A stretch of DNA of 63,328 bases, counting the filler, from Octopus bimaculoides (lineage: Eukaryota): assembly GCF_001194135.2 (NCBI RefSeq). It is 5 parts of 5 records of this genome, joined end to end, with 100 filler letters (N's around TTAATTAATTAA, not from the genome) between each part and the next. Parts side by side here need not be neighbours in the genome. Positions count along the whole stretch, not along the records: positions 49,319 to 55,807 come from NC_068983.1; positions 55,908 to 63,328 come from NC_068991.1; 3 more parts are not named here. One strand, written 5' to 3'. Below, piece by piece: positions 53,386-63,328 of this stretch. The notes below the pieces were generated by a model that was not told where the DNA came from, ran no database searches, and worked only from the letters and a program-made list of their open reading frames with translations. The position numbers were made by a program, and so were the translations under genes. The first letter of the stretch is position 1. The number at the start of each line of letters is the position of its first letter.

Positions 53386-55773
53386 GTAAGATCTTTTTCT
53401 CAATTCCATTACTTCAAAATGCAACTTTGTAATGCTTTTCATAGTGCATGTTACTTCAAGTTATTCTCAGAGATGGTGGTAATATATGTTATCTCTGGCT
53501 GAGAAGTCTAGGAAAAAAAACTAACTCTGAATGATCCTATTTAAAAGGTGAGAATTTTGTAACACTTGTTTTGGAGAACGACAATGATTTTATTCACGAT
53601 TACTAAGTAGGTCGAGTTCTTTGCGCATACCGCAAAATCTTACATTTCATTACTGTATCCTGCATCAATAACTGAAATTACTTGGAATGTATTTTGTTGT
53701 ATGAGTTAGCTGAAACCACATGATTGATTGAACTTAATATATGAATGATAATTAAAAATGCAGTCTTGTCTTCCAGATGCTTTAACATTAAACTAAAGTA
53801 CACGAAACCGATGTAAAGAAGTAAGAGTAGTTGATTGGTAAGTGTTTAGAGTTTCCAATCTGTGATAAAGGTATTGCAGTCTTGAAACTCTTCTAAATTC
53901 CGATATCTTCGATAAGCGTGCACATCAATTGAAAATATATATCTTTTGAACACCTGAGTTACAAGTTGTGCGTTTATGCAATTTCTGATTTAAATATTAC
54001 CATACGCTTAACATTTTAATCCGTTTCACTTGAGAGTTATTAACATACTTTGTGTAGAATGATAGTAGCTCTACAATAGCTTATCCTCTATAGAGCGATA
54101 ATGATTAATATGATTGATATACTATAACGAAGTTGCAATATTATTTTAAACACATTAGAATCAAGAGAATTACGAATTAAAGTTATTGAAAATCGTTGAT
54201 ATGTATAGTTAATGATATATATAACATAAGGGATTATTTTTAAGACATTTTCGGTGCATACAGTGAGAAGTGTACAGATCTAAACATTATGAGGCCTTGC
54301 ATTCGGTTTTCTCGTGTATTATTTTTGAAGAGTAGGAAAACAAGACATTAGGTCTTCAAATGCTCCCGGCAAATAATTATGTTTGACCTTTCACTAATTT
54401 GTTCCTTTTATTAAGTGAGGAGTTTGAGTTTGAATCTCTGCTAGTTACTATCTGAAGTAGAGTATTCCATTGTATTGTTGATTAAATAAGTGTACTGTAA
54501 ATATTGAAAATATTTGATATTTTATGTCCTAAACCATTTATTCATCTTCCATGCAATAAAAAGAAACTAATAGATATCCGTGCAGAATTTGAGTGCATTG
54601 CGTGCCATCAGTATTGATTCAAAGATTTCGAAGACAATGATATATGCCAATAGAGTTTTCAGAATTTTCTTCTTCAAAAAATAGTCAGTAAAGCTTCATA
54701 TTTAAATACATATAATAATTCGAGTCATGTGCATCCCAGAATAACGAGCTGTGTGAAGAATAATAAAGGTTAACTATCTATGCAATGTAAAGTTAACGCA
54801 ACATAAATGAAATGTTCAGACAAATTAATAACTTGTAGTATATATCACTTGATTTCAAAAACGATTACTTCACTGTATGTTTCAGAAAAACTCAAAAACA
54901 CAAAGCTTCGGATATTTGCTGTTATCCTAATTAAGACCACATCGTAAGCGTCAATTTTAATATATGTCCATTTCTTAGTTATCATTGTTTCTGCCGTGCT
55001 AATATACAAGAAAGATCGAAAGCCTATTCATTTGGCAGCAAGGATAGAAATATCCATGGTTTGAGGATTTACGTGTAACATGTTTCTATAAAAATCAGTG
55101 AAACAGTTCGACTGAGTCTTGGCTTATAGTAATAACTTATGAAATGCTAAGGAAAATTATGTAATGGACACAACATCATAATTGTATCAGTGCATGTTGT
55201 TAGAATTGTTATATATCAGTGGTCACGTAAATATATATCATATACATTTACATGATGCATGAATAAATTATTCAGTATCGTCGTCAAACTTGCTTTGTTT
55301 GTAAATTTTTCACTCTACTATTTTCATTACATTTTCTTACATTTTATCCATAGGCGGATATTTTTAGTATGAAGTGGTAAAGAGTGTGATGTGCTGAAAA
55401 AAGAGAGAACAGTACTTGAAGTGTAGTTTCATTCCAGTGGTAAATATCCGTGTAGAAATCCGTGCAAAGTAATCCTTGTGTGGATAATCCGGAAATTTAT
55501 GTTGGAGCGAAAGTTTATATAGCATAGATAGCAGAGGTACGTACATTCCATATTGCGATGGATTTTTGCTTGTTTACTTGAAGAATGGCCAAGTCAAGTG
55601 AAAAGTGAGCGGTAATTAGGTCAAGTCATGAAGACACAATGTGAAAGGGGATAGAGGAGAGATAGAGCCGAAGGATGGTAGCGATATATTTATGGTCAGT
55701 TGGTCTTAACAGGGTAGAGGAGATGAGCATATAGAGTGAAGGAGGAATAGGGGGATGAGTAGAAAGGAATGCG

Positions 55774-55807
<34 letters not shown>

Positions 55808-55907
55808 NNNNNNNNNNNNNNNNNNNNNNNNNNNNNNNNNNNNNNNNNNNNTTAATTAATTAANNNNNNNNNNNNNNNNNNNNNNNNNNNNNNNNNNNNN
55901 NNNNNNN

Positions 55908-55973
55908 TTGCACCCCCTGAAAATTCTAGGGGGTGCAGGTGCACCCGCTGCACCCCTTGTTCCCGGGCCCTTG
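55908..55973 (-). mobile_element. GC-rich DNA-transposon/MITE terminus (hAT-like), extends into gap
   Basis: Near-perfect reverse complement of 62939-63004; terminus caagggcccgggaaca with tgcacccc sub-repeats. Confidence 0.6.
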
Positions 55974-56149
55974 GTCGTTTATTACTTCGCTTTACAGAGA
56001 CTCACACAGATTTCTACATGAGGAAGCACGCTTGGCTCGTTACTATAGAAACAGACACCTATATGTCTGTTGCTTTCGATTGGTTAAAATTACTCCAAAT
56101 TTGCAAACTTTAAAAGCTATTAACTGTTTATTTATTGATTTGTGGTGAA

Positions 56150-56470
56150 GATAAACTTTATTTGAATAATTAGCATACAAAACTACATCAACACACCAAA
56201 TTTCAAATCGGAACAAAATTGAAGAAATTGAAAATTGAAGGCGAAACAGAAAAGATCCGGTATTTGTGTGTTGAAAAATTGTTTGCGAGCGTGGGGTGAT
56301 GAGTTTCGGTAAATTCATTCAAGTCATAACTTTCGGAAAAATGGATAATTTTTAATATTTTCTACAAATACCTTTCAGAGCATCTAAATTACGATCATAT
56401 CGTTATTTAATATGAAAAAGAAAATTGGTAAGCACAAACAACTCTTTTCGAAATTTCCACTTTCATTTTG

Positions 56471-56501
<31 letters not shown>

Positions 56502-56845
56502 TGTTTCAGTATGTGTGTGTACGAATCCACCAATTTTGTTTTTCATAAAATTACGATGTAATCGCAATCTACACACTCAGGCAGGTATTTCTATAAAATT
56601 TCATTGAAAAATAAGTTTTTCTCAAAGATCTGAAGAAACCAACTCATATGAATTTTCCGAAACTCCTCTCCGCACGTATGAAAAAAACTTTTTCATAACA
56701 TATTCTGATATAATCGGAATCTATACCATTTCAAGCGTAATCGTTAAAAATTTCATGCAAAAATATCCATTTTTCTGGGAGTTATGAGGTAACGATGTCG
56801 GTGGGGCGAACACATGTGGAGGTATGCTGATGTTTAGGGCATTAA
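56150..56845. mobile_element. Probable non-autonomous DNA transposon remnant
   Basis: Subterminal inverted pair tcataactttcggaaaaatggataattttt (~56325) and aaaaatatccatttttctgggagttatga (~56759). Confidence 0.4.
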
Positions 56846-57084
56846 CCTTCGTTGCATTTACAGAGGAAAATCCAAAGAGGAGAAAGAAGAAGGAAAAAAA
56901 GACAGGAAAAAAAAAGCAACTACTAAACACGCATTCGATCATTGACAGATATTTGTGGTTTTTAATGGCAGGAGAGTGCTTATTAGTATTTGTGTGTGGT
57001 ATAGGCCTTGAGAGTGGAGAGCGACGTCCTGAACTTTTTGATGATGGCTTACAAGTAACGTTTACTTTGTATTGAACACCTTGT

Positions 57085-57465
57085 TCGCATGAATGATGGG
57101 AAAATCTTAAAGCAAGTGCTATGTCGCAAACTTGTTTGTGGAGAGCAACCCCAACGGAAACCAAAACTACAATTTAAAGTACTCGTTGAAAACATGTGGC
57201 ATATGGGAAGTCAGTTGGGAAAGCAATGCTTATCATCGTCCCCAATGAAGGAAAGAAGTAAAGGAGTTTGCGTTTCTGAAGAAGAAAATAACTCGAAAAA
57301 CAAAAAAAACACGCATTGTCATACAGAATTTAATCGAGTTGCTTGAGAACGCACTCCCAGTATAGGGAATGGTGATGGTGGAGGAGCTTGGTCTGCAATA
57401 CCTGCAGACGTATGTTTGCGAAAGGCTGAGCTCATTTGTCTCCAGCGGATCTACAAGTGTAAAAG
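57085..57465 (+). mobile_element. RTE (BovB-like) LINE 3' fragment
   Basis: MNDGKILKQVLCRKLVCGEQPQRKPKLQFK resembles the RTE motif DGRIPKQLLYGEL..G.R..GRPKLRFK; followed by a CNTCRRMF zinc-finger remnant. Confidence 0.7.
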
Positions 57466-58991
57466 TATAAATTTGTCAAAGTGTACAATGCTTTTAATGG
57501 TTTTCCTCGGCACGAGTGGAAGGAAGTAATTCAATGCATTACACATGATCAATAAGTGCCTATATTTTCTACTTTTATTACTCATTATTAATTGCCTTTC
57601 GCCTCTTACAGATCACAAATGTATAGCTTATAGATTTGAACTTACGAACTTTACATAAAGATTGAACAATGAACAAGTTTTTTCTGACTTCACTAAATAT
57701 GACTATTGAACAAATATTTCTCACAATTAAAAACGTGTATTAACTTGTTGCAAATTCGAAACCGAATAGGCAAATTGCGAAGTAAAAAGCCATTTCATGT
57801 GATCGGCCGATTAACTGACCAACCATCGAGACATCACGTGATGCTACTTTCTAGAATTTCCTAGAATGTCGCCAAACGAAGCTAATAAATAGGTGTGTTT
57901 TGAGCGCCAAATTTTAAATTGTGGTGAATCACTGCCATGCAAACAACATTCTCACTTTGCTACCTTATTCAGCCGAGTAGACAGCGTTTATAGTTTTGCA
58001 GTCATGAATCCAGTGTGATATTTTCTCCTGTTGTGACAGCGTATTAACAGAACCGACCTAACCAACTATTTTGTAATAACTACAGAATTGTCATTCCAGT
58101 GTATAAACTTTGTATTTTTAATTCAAGACCAATATGGAAAATATTTTGTGCAGCGAATAAAGTTCTGTTGATTGTTTACAAGTGTTGTGTATCATTATAC
58201 TTGACCACCAGCATCTCATATTTTTCATTCTATGACCTACCAGATAATATGAAACGTCATAACCCCGTTACCAAACGCATAGTGCTCACATAAATAATAG
58301 GACTAACTTTTTAATGCGTATCTACTAACTCATTTTAAGTATTGTTTTAAATGTTTGATTATACGACTATATTTTCATAAAAGTTTTTTGTTTGTGGATA
58401 GCCCAGCCAGATCTCTTTCTTGGTATCTTTACCCTTTGAACGGCAGATCGAAAAATTAATTTTTTGTAACTAAACACTTTCAAACTTCGGACACTGGTAG
58501 AATGTGTCATATAAAACATCTTTTACTCTTAATGTCGTTGAGAAAAGTTTACATTTTCAAAGTTATTTCGTGTTAAAGTAGTCATATTTCGGCAATTTCA
58601 ACCAATCAATGACGTGTATTCAGCTGAATAAAATTACTGCTGTTGTTTGTGGGGTCCCTTCATCTTTGAGATACCACATGTGACTGGCCAGTGATGTGAT
58701 GAATCGTCTTTCCGGAACCCTGAAAGAGGATCTGTAGTTGCACAGGCGTCGCTTGAAGACTGTCCATACTGACTCGATGTATTTCCAAGAATTACATTTG
58801 TCTTCGGCTTTAGAGTCTGGCGAGACGTCCTCGAGGCTAAGGCCTTTGTGGATGCGAAACCACTGATCACTCTATCACCGGACATAAACTTAATTACTTT
58901 TAATACATTACTGCTGTATGCCTTAGTTAGAAAATGCTTCTTTTTCGGATATATGATACATTGACGATATATTTGTGCGTGCGTGCGTGCG

Positions 58992-59042
<51 letters not shown>

Positions 59043-59073
59043 GTGCGCGCGTGTGTATGTATGTATCTATGTA

Positions 59074-59949
59074 TAGGGTGCGGTGAATAAACTATCATCT
59101 AAATTATGCAAAAATGAAAATAACACTGACATCTCATTTAACAGATATATTTACCAAAATTACATAAAAATATCTTGAAATACTAAAGAGTAAATTTATT
59201 CAATAAACTCGCCATTGGCTTCCACCACGGTCTCCAGGCGACTTCGGAATCTCCTGCAACACTTCTGAACGGTCTCCTTGTGTTGATGAATGCTACCATA
59301 ATCCTTGCCTTCAGTTCATCTTTGGTGTTACAAGGAGTTTTGTTGGTCTCTCGCTCAACTGTGCCCCACACATAATAATCAAGGGGTTTGCAGTCTGGGG
59401 AGTTATGTGGTCAGATGTTGTGGTGATGTGGTCGCAGAAATTGCCTGACAGCCATGACTGGGTTCTCCTGCTTGTGTGGCATGGTGCAGAGTCCTGTTGC
59501 CAGATATAGGGTCTTCCGGCAGTCACCCTCTTCACCCTCAGCAGCACTACCTCCTTCAGACACTTGATGCAGGCCTCCATATTGAGTGTGAGGCCGTGTG
59601 GAGAGATGAATGGAAGCATAACGCGCCATCACTAGTGATCACTCCAAACACCATTATGGTGACTGGATGTTTGATTTTTATCACTCTCGGTACATGTCCT
59701 CAGATTGACACCCAAACACTCTGAAATGTTCGCATCGGAGCTTCCGGCGCGAATGCCAAGGAGTACAGCATGTCATTTCCAAATTTCTGGCAGAGTGAAT
59801 TGCATCATGGTGCTATTTTTTTTTTTTTTTCACAGACGGTACCCAACTGACCCTACTATACTGTGTAGGCGACAAAATCAAAAACAAACAATGCACATGC
59901 ACGAAATTAAAAATATAAAATGGCGACACTTTACCCATCACACACCCTG
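59074..59949 (-). mobile_element. Internally deleted Tc1/mariner (maT/DD37D-like) element with both ends
   Basis: Peptides WQQDSAPCHTSRRTQSWL and WGTVERETNKTPCNTKDELKARI; imperfect TIRs (tagggtgcg / cacaccctg) flanked by TA. Confidence 0.9.
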
Positions 59950-59991
<42 letters not shown>

Positions 59992-59997
59992 CCCTCC

Positions 59998-60455
59998 ACG
60001 GAGTGAAAACGTTTGAGGAGGCCAGGATAACATATGCAAGACTCAAGAGAGATTTAAAGATGAGTGTTGCGGTCGAGAGGGTGAATTTCAGTGACCTTTT
60101 GTGAGCACAGCTTGTAACAGACCATGTCTTCCTTTTGCTGGTTTCAAATCTCATTTGAGGATTCATGGAAAACGAGCCTCCACCAACTATTCTGCTAATA
60201 TATCTGTGCACACCTTTCAATGCCGTGTATACCATAAGGTCAGCAATTCTAACGGAGGTCTCAAAAGACATTTTAAGATCCAGAGAGATCAGAACTTAAC
60301 TGTAGCTCTCAATGGTCCAAATCGGATATGCAATCTATATGGGTGTCTTTTCAATGCATTGTCTGGTTTGAAAAACCACATTAGACACCATTATGAACCT
60401 AAGGTGCAGGTACAAGAGGTGGTCAGACTCTGCATAAGGAGTAGACAACCATCGC
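59998..60455 (+). mobile_element. RTE LINE 3' end carrying three decayed C2H2 zinc fingers
   Basis: GVKTFEEARITYARLKR followed by STACNRPCLPFAGFKSHLRIH, CRVYHKVSNSNGGLKRHFKIQ and CNLYGCLFNALSGLKNHIRHH. Confidence 0.7.
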
Positions 60456-61028
60456 ACACGCGTGCACGCATTATTGAAAGATAGATATGAATATTTAAAT
60501 GTAGGGTGTATATGGACGGAGGAACAAACGGATAATATTGAATCGGTCTTGGAAATTATATGAAGTTGGAAGGTGTATTAACATTTTGTTAGCTGAGAGA
60601 CATGTCAGACAGAAGAGAAAAAGGTGGAATGGCTTCGGCAATAGTGGCTGGAGTGAGAAGCTTAGGAATGAAGTTCCTGGAGCTGAGTTGAAGGCTAATA
60701 AGGATAGGAATGTTGTTGAAACTGAAGGAAAGGATGCATACCACCTTTGTGAGGAGTGAATAGTGATATGATTTACGGGGGAGAGAGGGGGAAGGGAGTA
60801 AAGCAAACAAGGAATAATGGGAATAGAACTTGTCATCGGTCATGTACTGAGGAAGGATGGAATAGAATGTGGAATGAAGTAGCAGAAAGGAGATCGAGAA
60901 AGACATGACTAAAAATTATAGAGGAGGAAACGAGGGAAAATAAAGAGGACAATATGCAAAACGGAGAAAATTGTCATGAATTTTGCAAGAGAGGAAACTG
61001 CCCGGATATGCTTGTTCGTGGTATTGCT

Positions 61029-61104
<76 letters not shown>

Positions 61105-61606
61105 AATTTAGACACGAACCACCACTCTGCAACTCAGTCAACGAAGAACCCGTCCAAATCCATAATTTTAATAATATATAATATATCATACAAAGAAATA
61201 TTCATCATAAAAAATATTAATCTAAAAATCAAATAAAGTATAAATTGGACAGTAAAAATTTATACAATAATATAATGTATAAAAGTATAAAAGTATAAAA
61301 GTCAGTACTTATACATAGACTACGCGCGTTTCATGGCTATTAGGACTATATAAAATCATAAGAAAATTCTATCCAAGTTCATTAGAAGGGAAAATAATTT
61401 TACTCCCCAAATCAGTCACTCTTCAGGTTAAATTCCTAAAAGATGCCTAAAAGCATTATAAGGAATAAGGATAAATATAAGAAATAAAATAAATAATATA
61501 TAAAGAGACAAAACCTGTAAAGTAATCCCTAAGTTAACAGCATTAATATTATTATTAAAAGTTACAAGCTAAAAATATTCAAATAGAGTGTTATAGTGAA
61601 TAAGGT

Positions 61607-61678
<72 letters not shown>

Positions 61679-61683
<5 letters not shown>

Positions 61684-61867
61684 GACAAAATAGAGTGAAA
61701 AAAAACTACAGATTTGAAAAGAAAATACGAAACCAGTCATTGCTCCAAAATCAATGTTACCTTACACAAAATTTTATAACATTTTCCTAACATAACTATT
61801 CAAATATATTCTTTAACCATATAACACAAGTCTTCTGTAGTTTTTTTTCACTCTATTTTGTCTTTTA
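61679..61867. mobile_element. MITE-like element with a perfect 34-bp inverted repeat
   Basis: taaaagacaaaatagagtgaaaaaaaactacaga and tctgtagttttttttcactctattttgtctttta. Confidence 0.7.
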
Positions 61868-61930
61868 TAAATCCAACCACGTGTTTTCACATACCAACAC
61901 TCTCACCTATATATATATTACATACATATT

Positions 61931-62510
61931 AGAGGAATGACCACTAGGTGGATTCCTAAATTTAAATAACCATGTTCTCTAATCGGCAGGCTTCGACGCA
62001 GAAAATTATTTTCTGCAGAGTCATTTCCGGCTTCGGCCCGTCAAAACAAAGACACTTGAAATATATCCCCAAATATAATTGATAGAACTTATGACTGTTG
62101 TCTCTCAGGAGAACGTCTCGTGTATTGTTGTGTAAATTATACTTTCTATGGGGATTTGTGTAAATTATAATTTCACTGAGGATTTTCAGACATTTATGTA
62201 ATGTAAATGGTAACAATGAAATCATGGTATGTGACTAATCACTTTATTTTGTATCTTTTCATTTGTCTTGCTCGCTTTACGTTCTGGCGTTTTGCCGAAT
62301 TATCTCTTTTACTCTTTTACTCTTTTACTTGTTTCAGTCTTTTGACTGCGGCCATGCTGGAGCACCGCCTTTAGTCGAAGAAATCGACCCCAGGACTTAT
62401 TCTTTGGAAGCCTAGTACTTATTCTATCTTGAGAACATTTTTTCTTAGTGGTCAGACCATATGGAGGTCTACATTTAGCATATCGGAATCCACCTAGTGG
62501 TCATTCCTCT
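61931..62510. mobile_element. TIR element (26-bp perfect TIR) containing a SINE A fragment
   Basis: agaggaatgaccactaggtggattcc and ggaatccacctagtggtcattcctct. Confidence 0.75.
62304..62428 (-). mobile_element. 5'-truncated SINE family A
   Basis: (CTCTTTTA)n tail plus ~100 bp of the 3' body. Confidence 0.9.
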
Positions 62511-62592
62511 TATATGTATGAAATATAATTTTCTGAATCTTCGGATTTTTCCAGTAAGCTAGGCCACTGGTTTGAGTTGATATTAATCTAAT

Positions 62593-62904
62593 TAAGAGAG
62601 TGCTGTAGTTCGCTTGAAGCATCGTGTATTGTTTGTAAAGAATAAAACGTTTTGAATGGTACAACAATGCACTATAATACAAAAGATGGACTATATACCT
62701 GTTGTAATTTAGTTATTCATTGTCCGATGATATTTCGGAATACAATTCCTTCTTCGGATATTCTTAGATCTAAAAATATCTGAAGAAGGAATTGTATTCC
62801 GAAATATCATTGGACTATGGGTAACTAAATTACAACAGGTATATAGTCCATTTTTTGAATTATAGTGCATTGTTATACCGTTCAAAACTTTTTATTCTTT
62901 ACAA
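62593..62904. mobile_element. ~270-bp palindrome with two divergent hammerhead-like motifs (Penelope-like terminus)
   Basis: Arms 62633-62760 and 62776-62904; plus strand CTGAAGA-A-GGAAT TGT ATTCC-GAA-ATAT-C at 62780-62808, with a mirror copy (CCGAAGA) on the minus strand at 62729-62757. Confidence 0.7.
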
Positions 62905-62938
62905 TCTAATTTTTACCCTTATTAGTTAAATGTATATA

Positions 62939-63030
62939 CAAGGGCCCGGGAACAGGGGGTGCAGCGGGTGCACCTGCACCCCCTAGAATTTTCAGGGGGT
63001 GCAAGATCAAAATTTGCACCCCCTACATAA
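62939..63030 (+). mobile_element. GC-rich DNA-transposon/MITE terminus (hAT-like)
   Basis: Same family as 55908-55973, opposite orientation. Confidence 0.6.
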
Positions 63031-63328
63031 TTTTACCAGTTTCAGAAAAAAAGTGTCTAAAATCTATCGGTATAAAATGTTTATTTCGATCTCGTTTCAA
63101 AACAAAGAAAAAATAAATAAATGAATAAATAAAAGTGATGAAGCTGGCATAAAATTCCCTAGGGAGTTTAGGACCACTAATTTCTGGAGGAAAGTAGCGT
63201 CAAAATACAAAAAAAATAAGTGACAATAACAACAGTAGCAGCAACAATAACAACAACAAAACCAGCATGTATAGTTAATTTTGAATATATAGCATTACTT
63301 GAATTATTGAAGACAGCTCCCACCCAGT

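Noticed and set aside
55380-55600. IAIWNVRT peptide suggesting a LINE AP-endonuclease start (minus strand)
   Set aside because: A single short motif amid stop codons is insufficient
57283-57302. CTGAAGA...CGAAA hammerhead-like spacing
   Set aside because: No stem II or III, and it lies inside the RTE coding remnant
57790-57920. E-box and E2F-like motifs
   Set aside because: Short motifs expected by chance, with no supporting feature

Overview
This is AT-rich, microsatellite-dense eukaryotic DNA with about 5.5 kb of N gaps. The SINE families and repeat landscape suggest an octopus or related coleoid scaffold (inference). I recognise no intact host protein-coding gene, and the long ORFs in the track come from N runs and simple repeats. 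The window holds about 30 SINE copies from three main families (A, B, C) plus minor ones, decayed LINE fragments (RTE RT, three RTE 3' ends with C2H2 remnants, a CRE-like RT remnant), two internally deleted maT-like Tc1/mariner elements, several TIR/MITE elements, two tRNA pseudogenes and two promoter-like patches. The most interesting signal is a recurring set of minimal type I hammerhead-ribozyme motifs with a palindromic stem III. One has a fully intact core (10909-10943, minus strand). Several sit in long fold-back palindromes and read outward from the axis, as expected for Penelope-like retroelement termini. One palindrome family has two copies here, one of them inserted inside a SINE.
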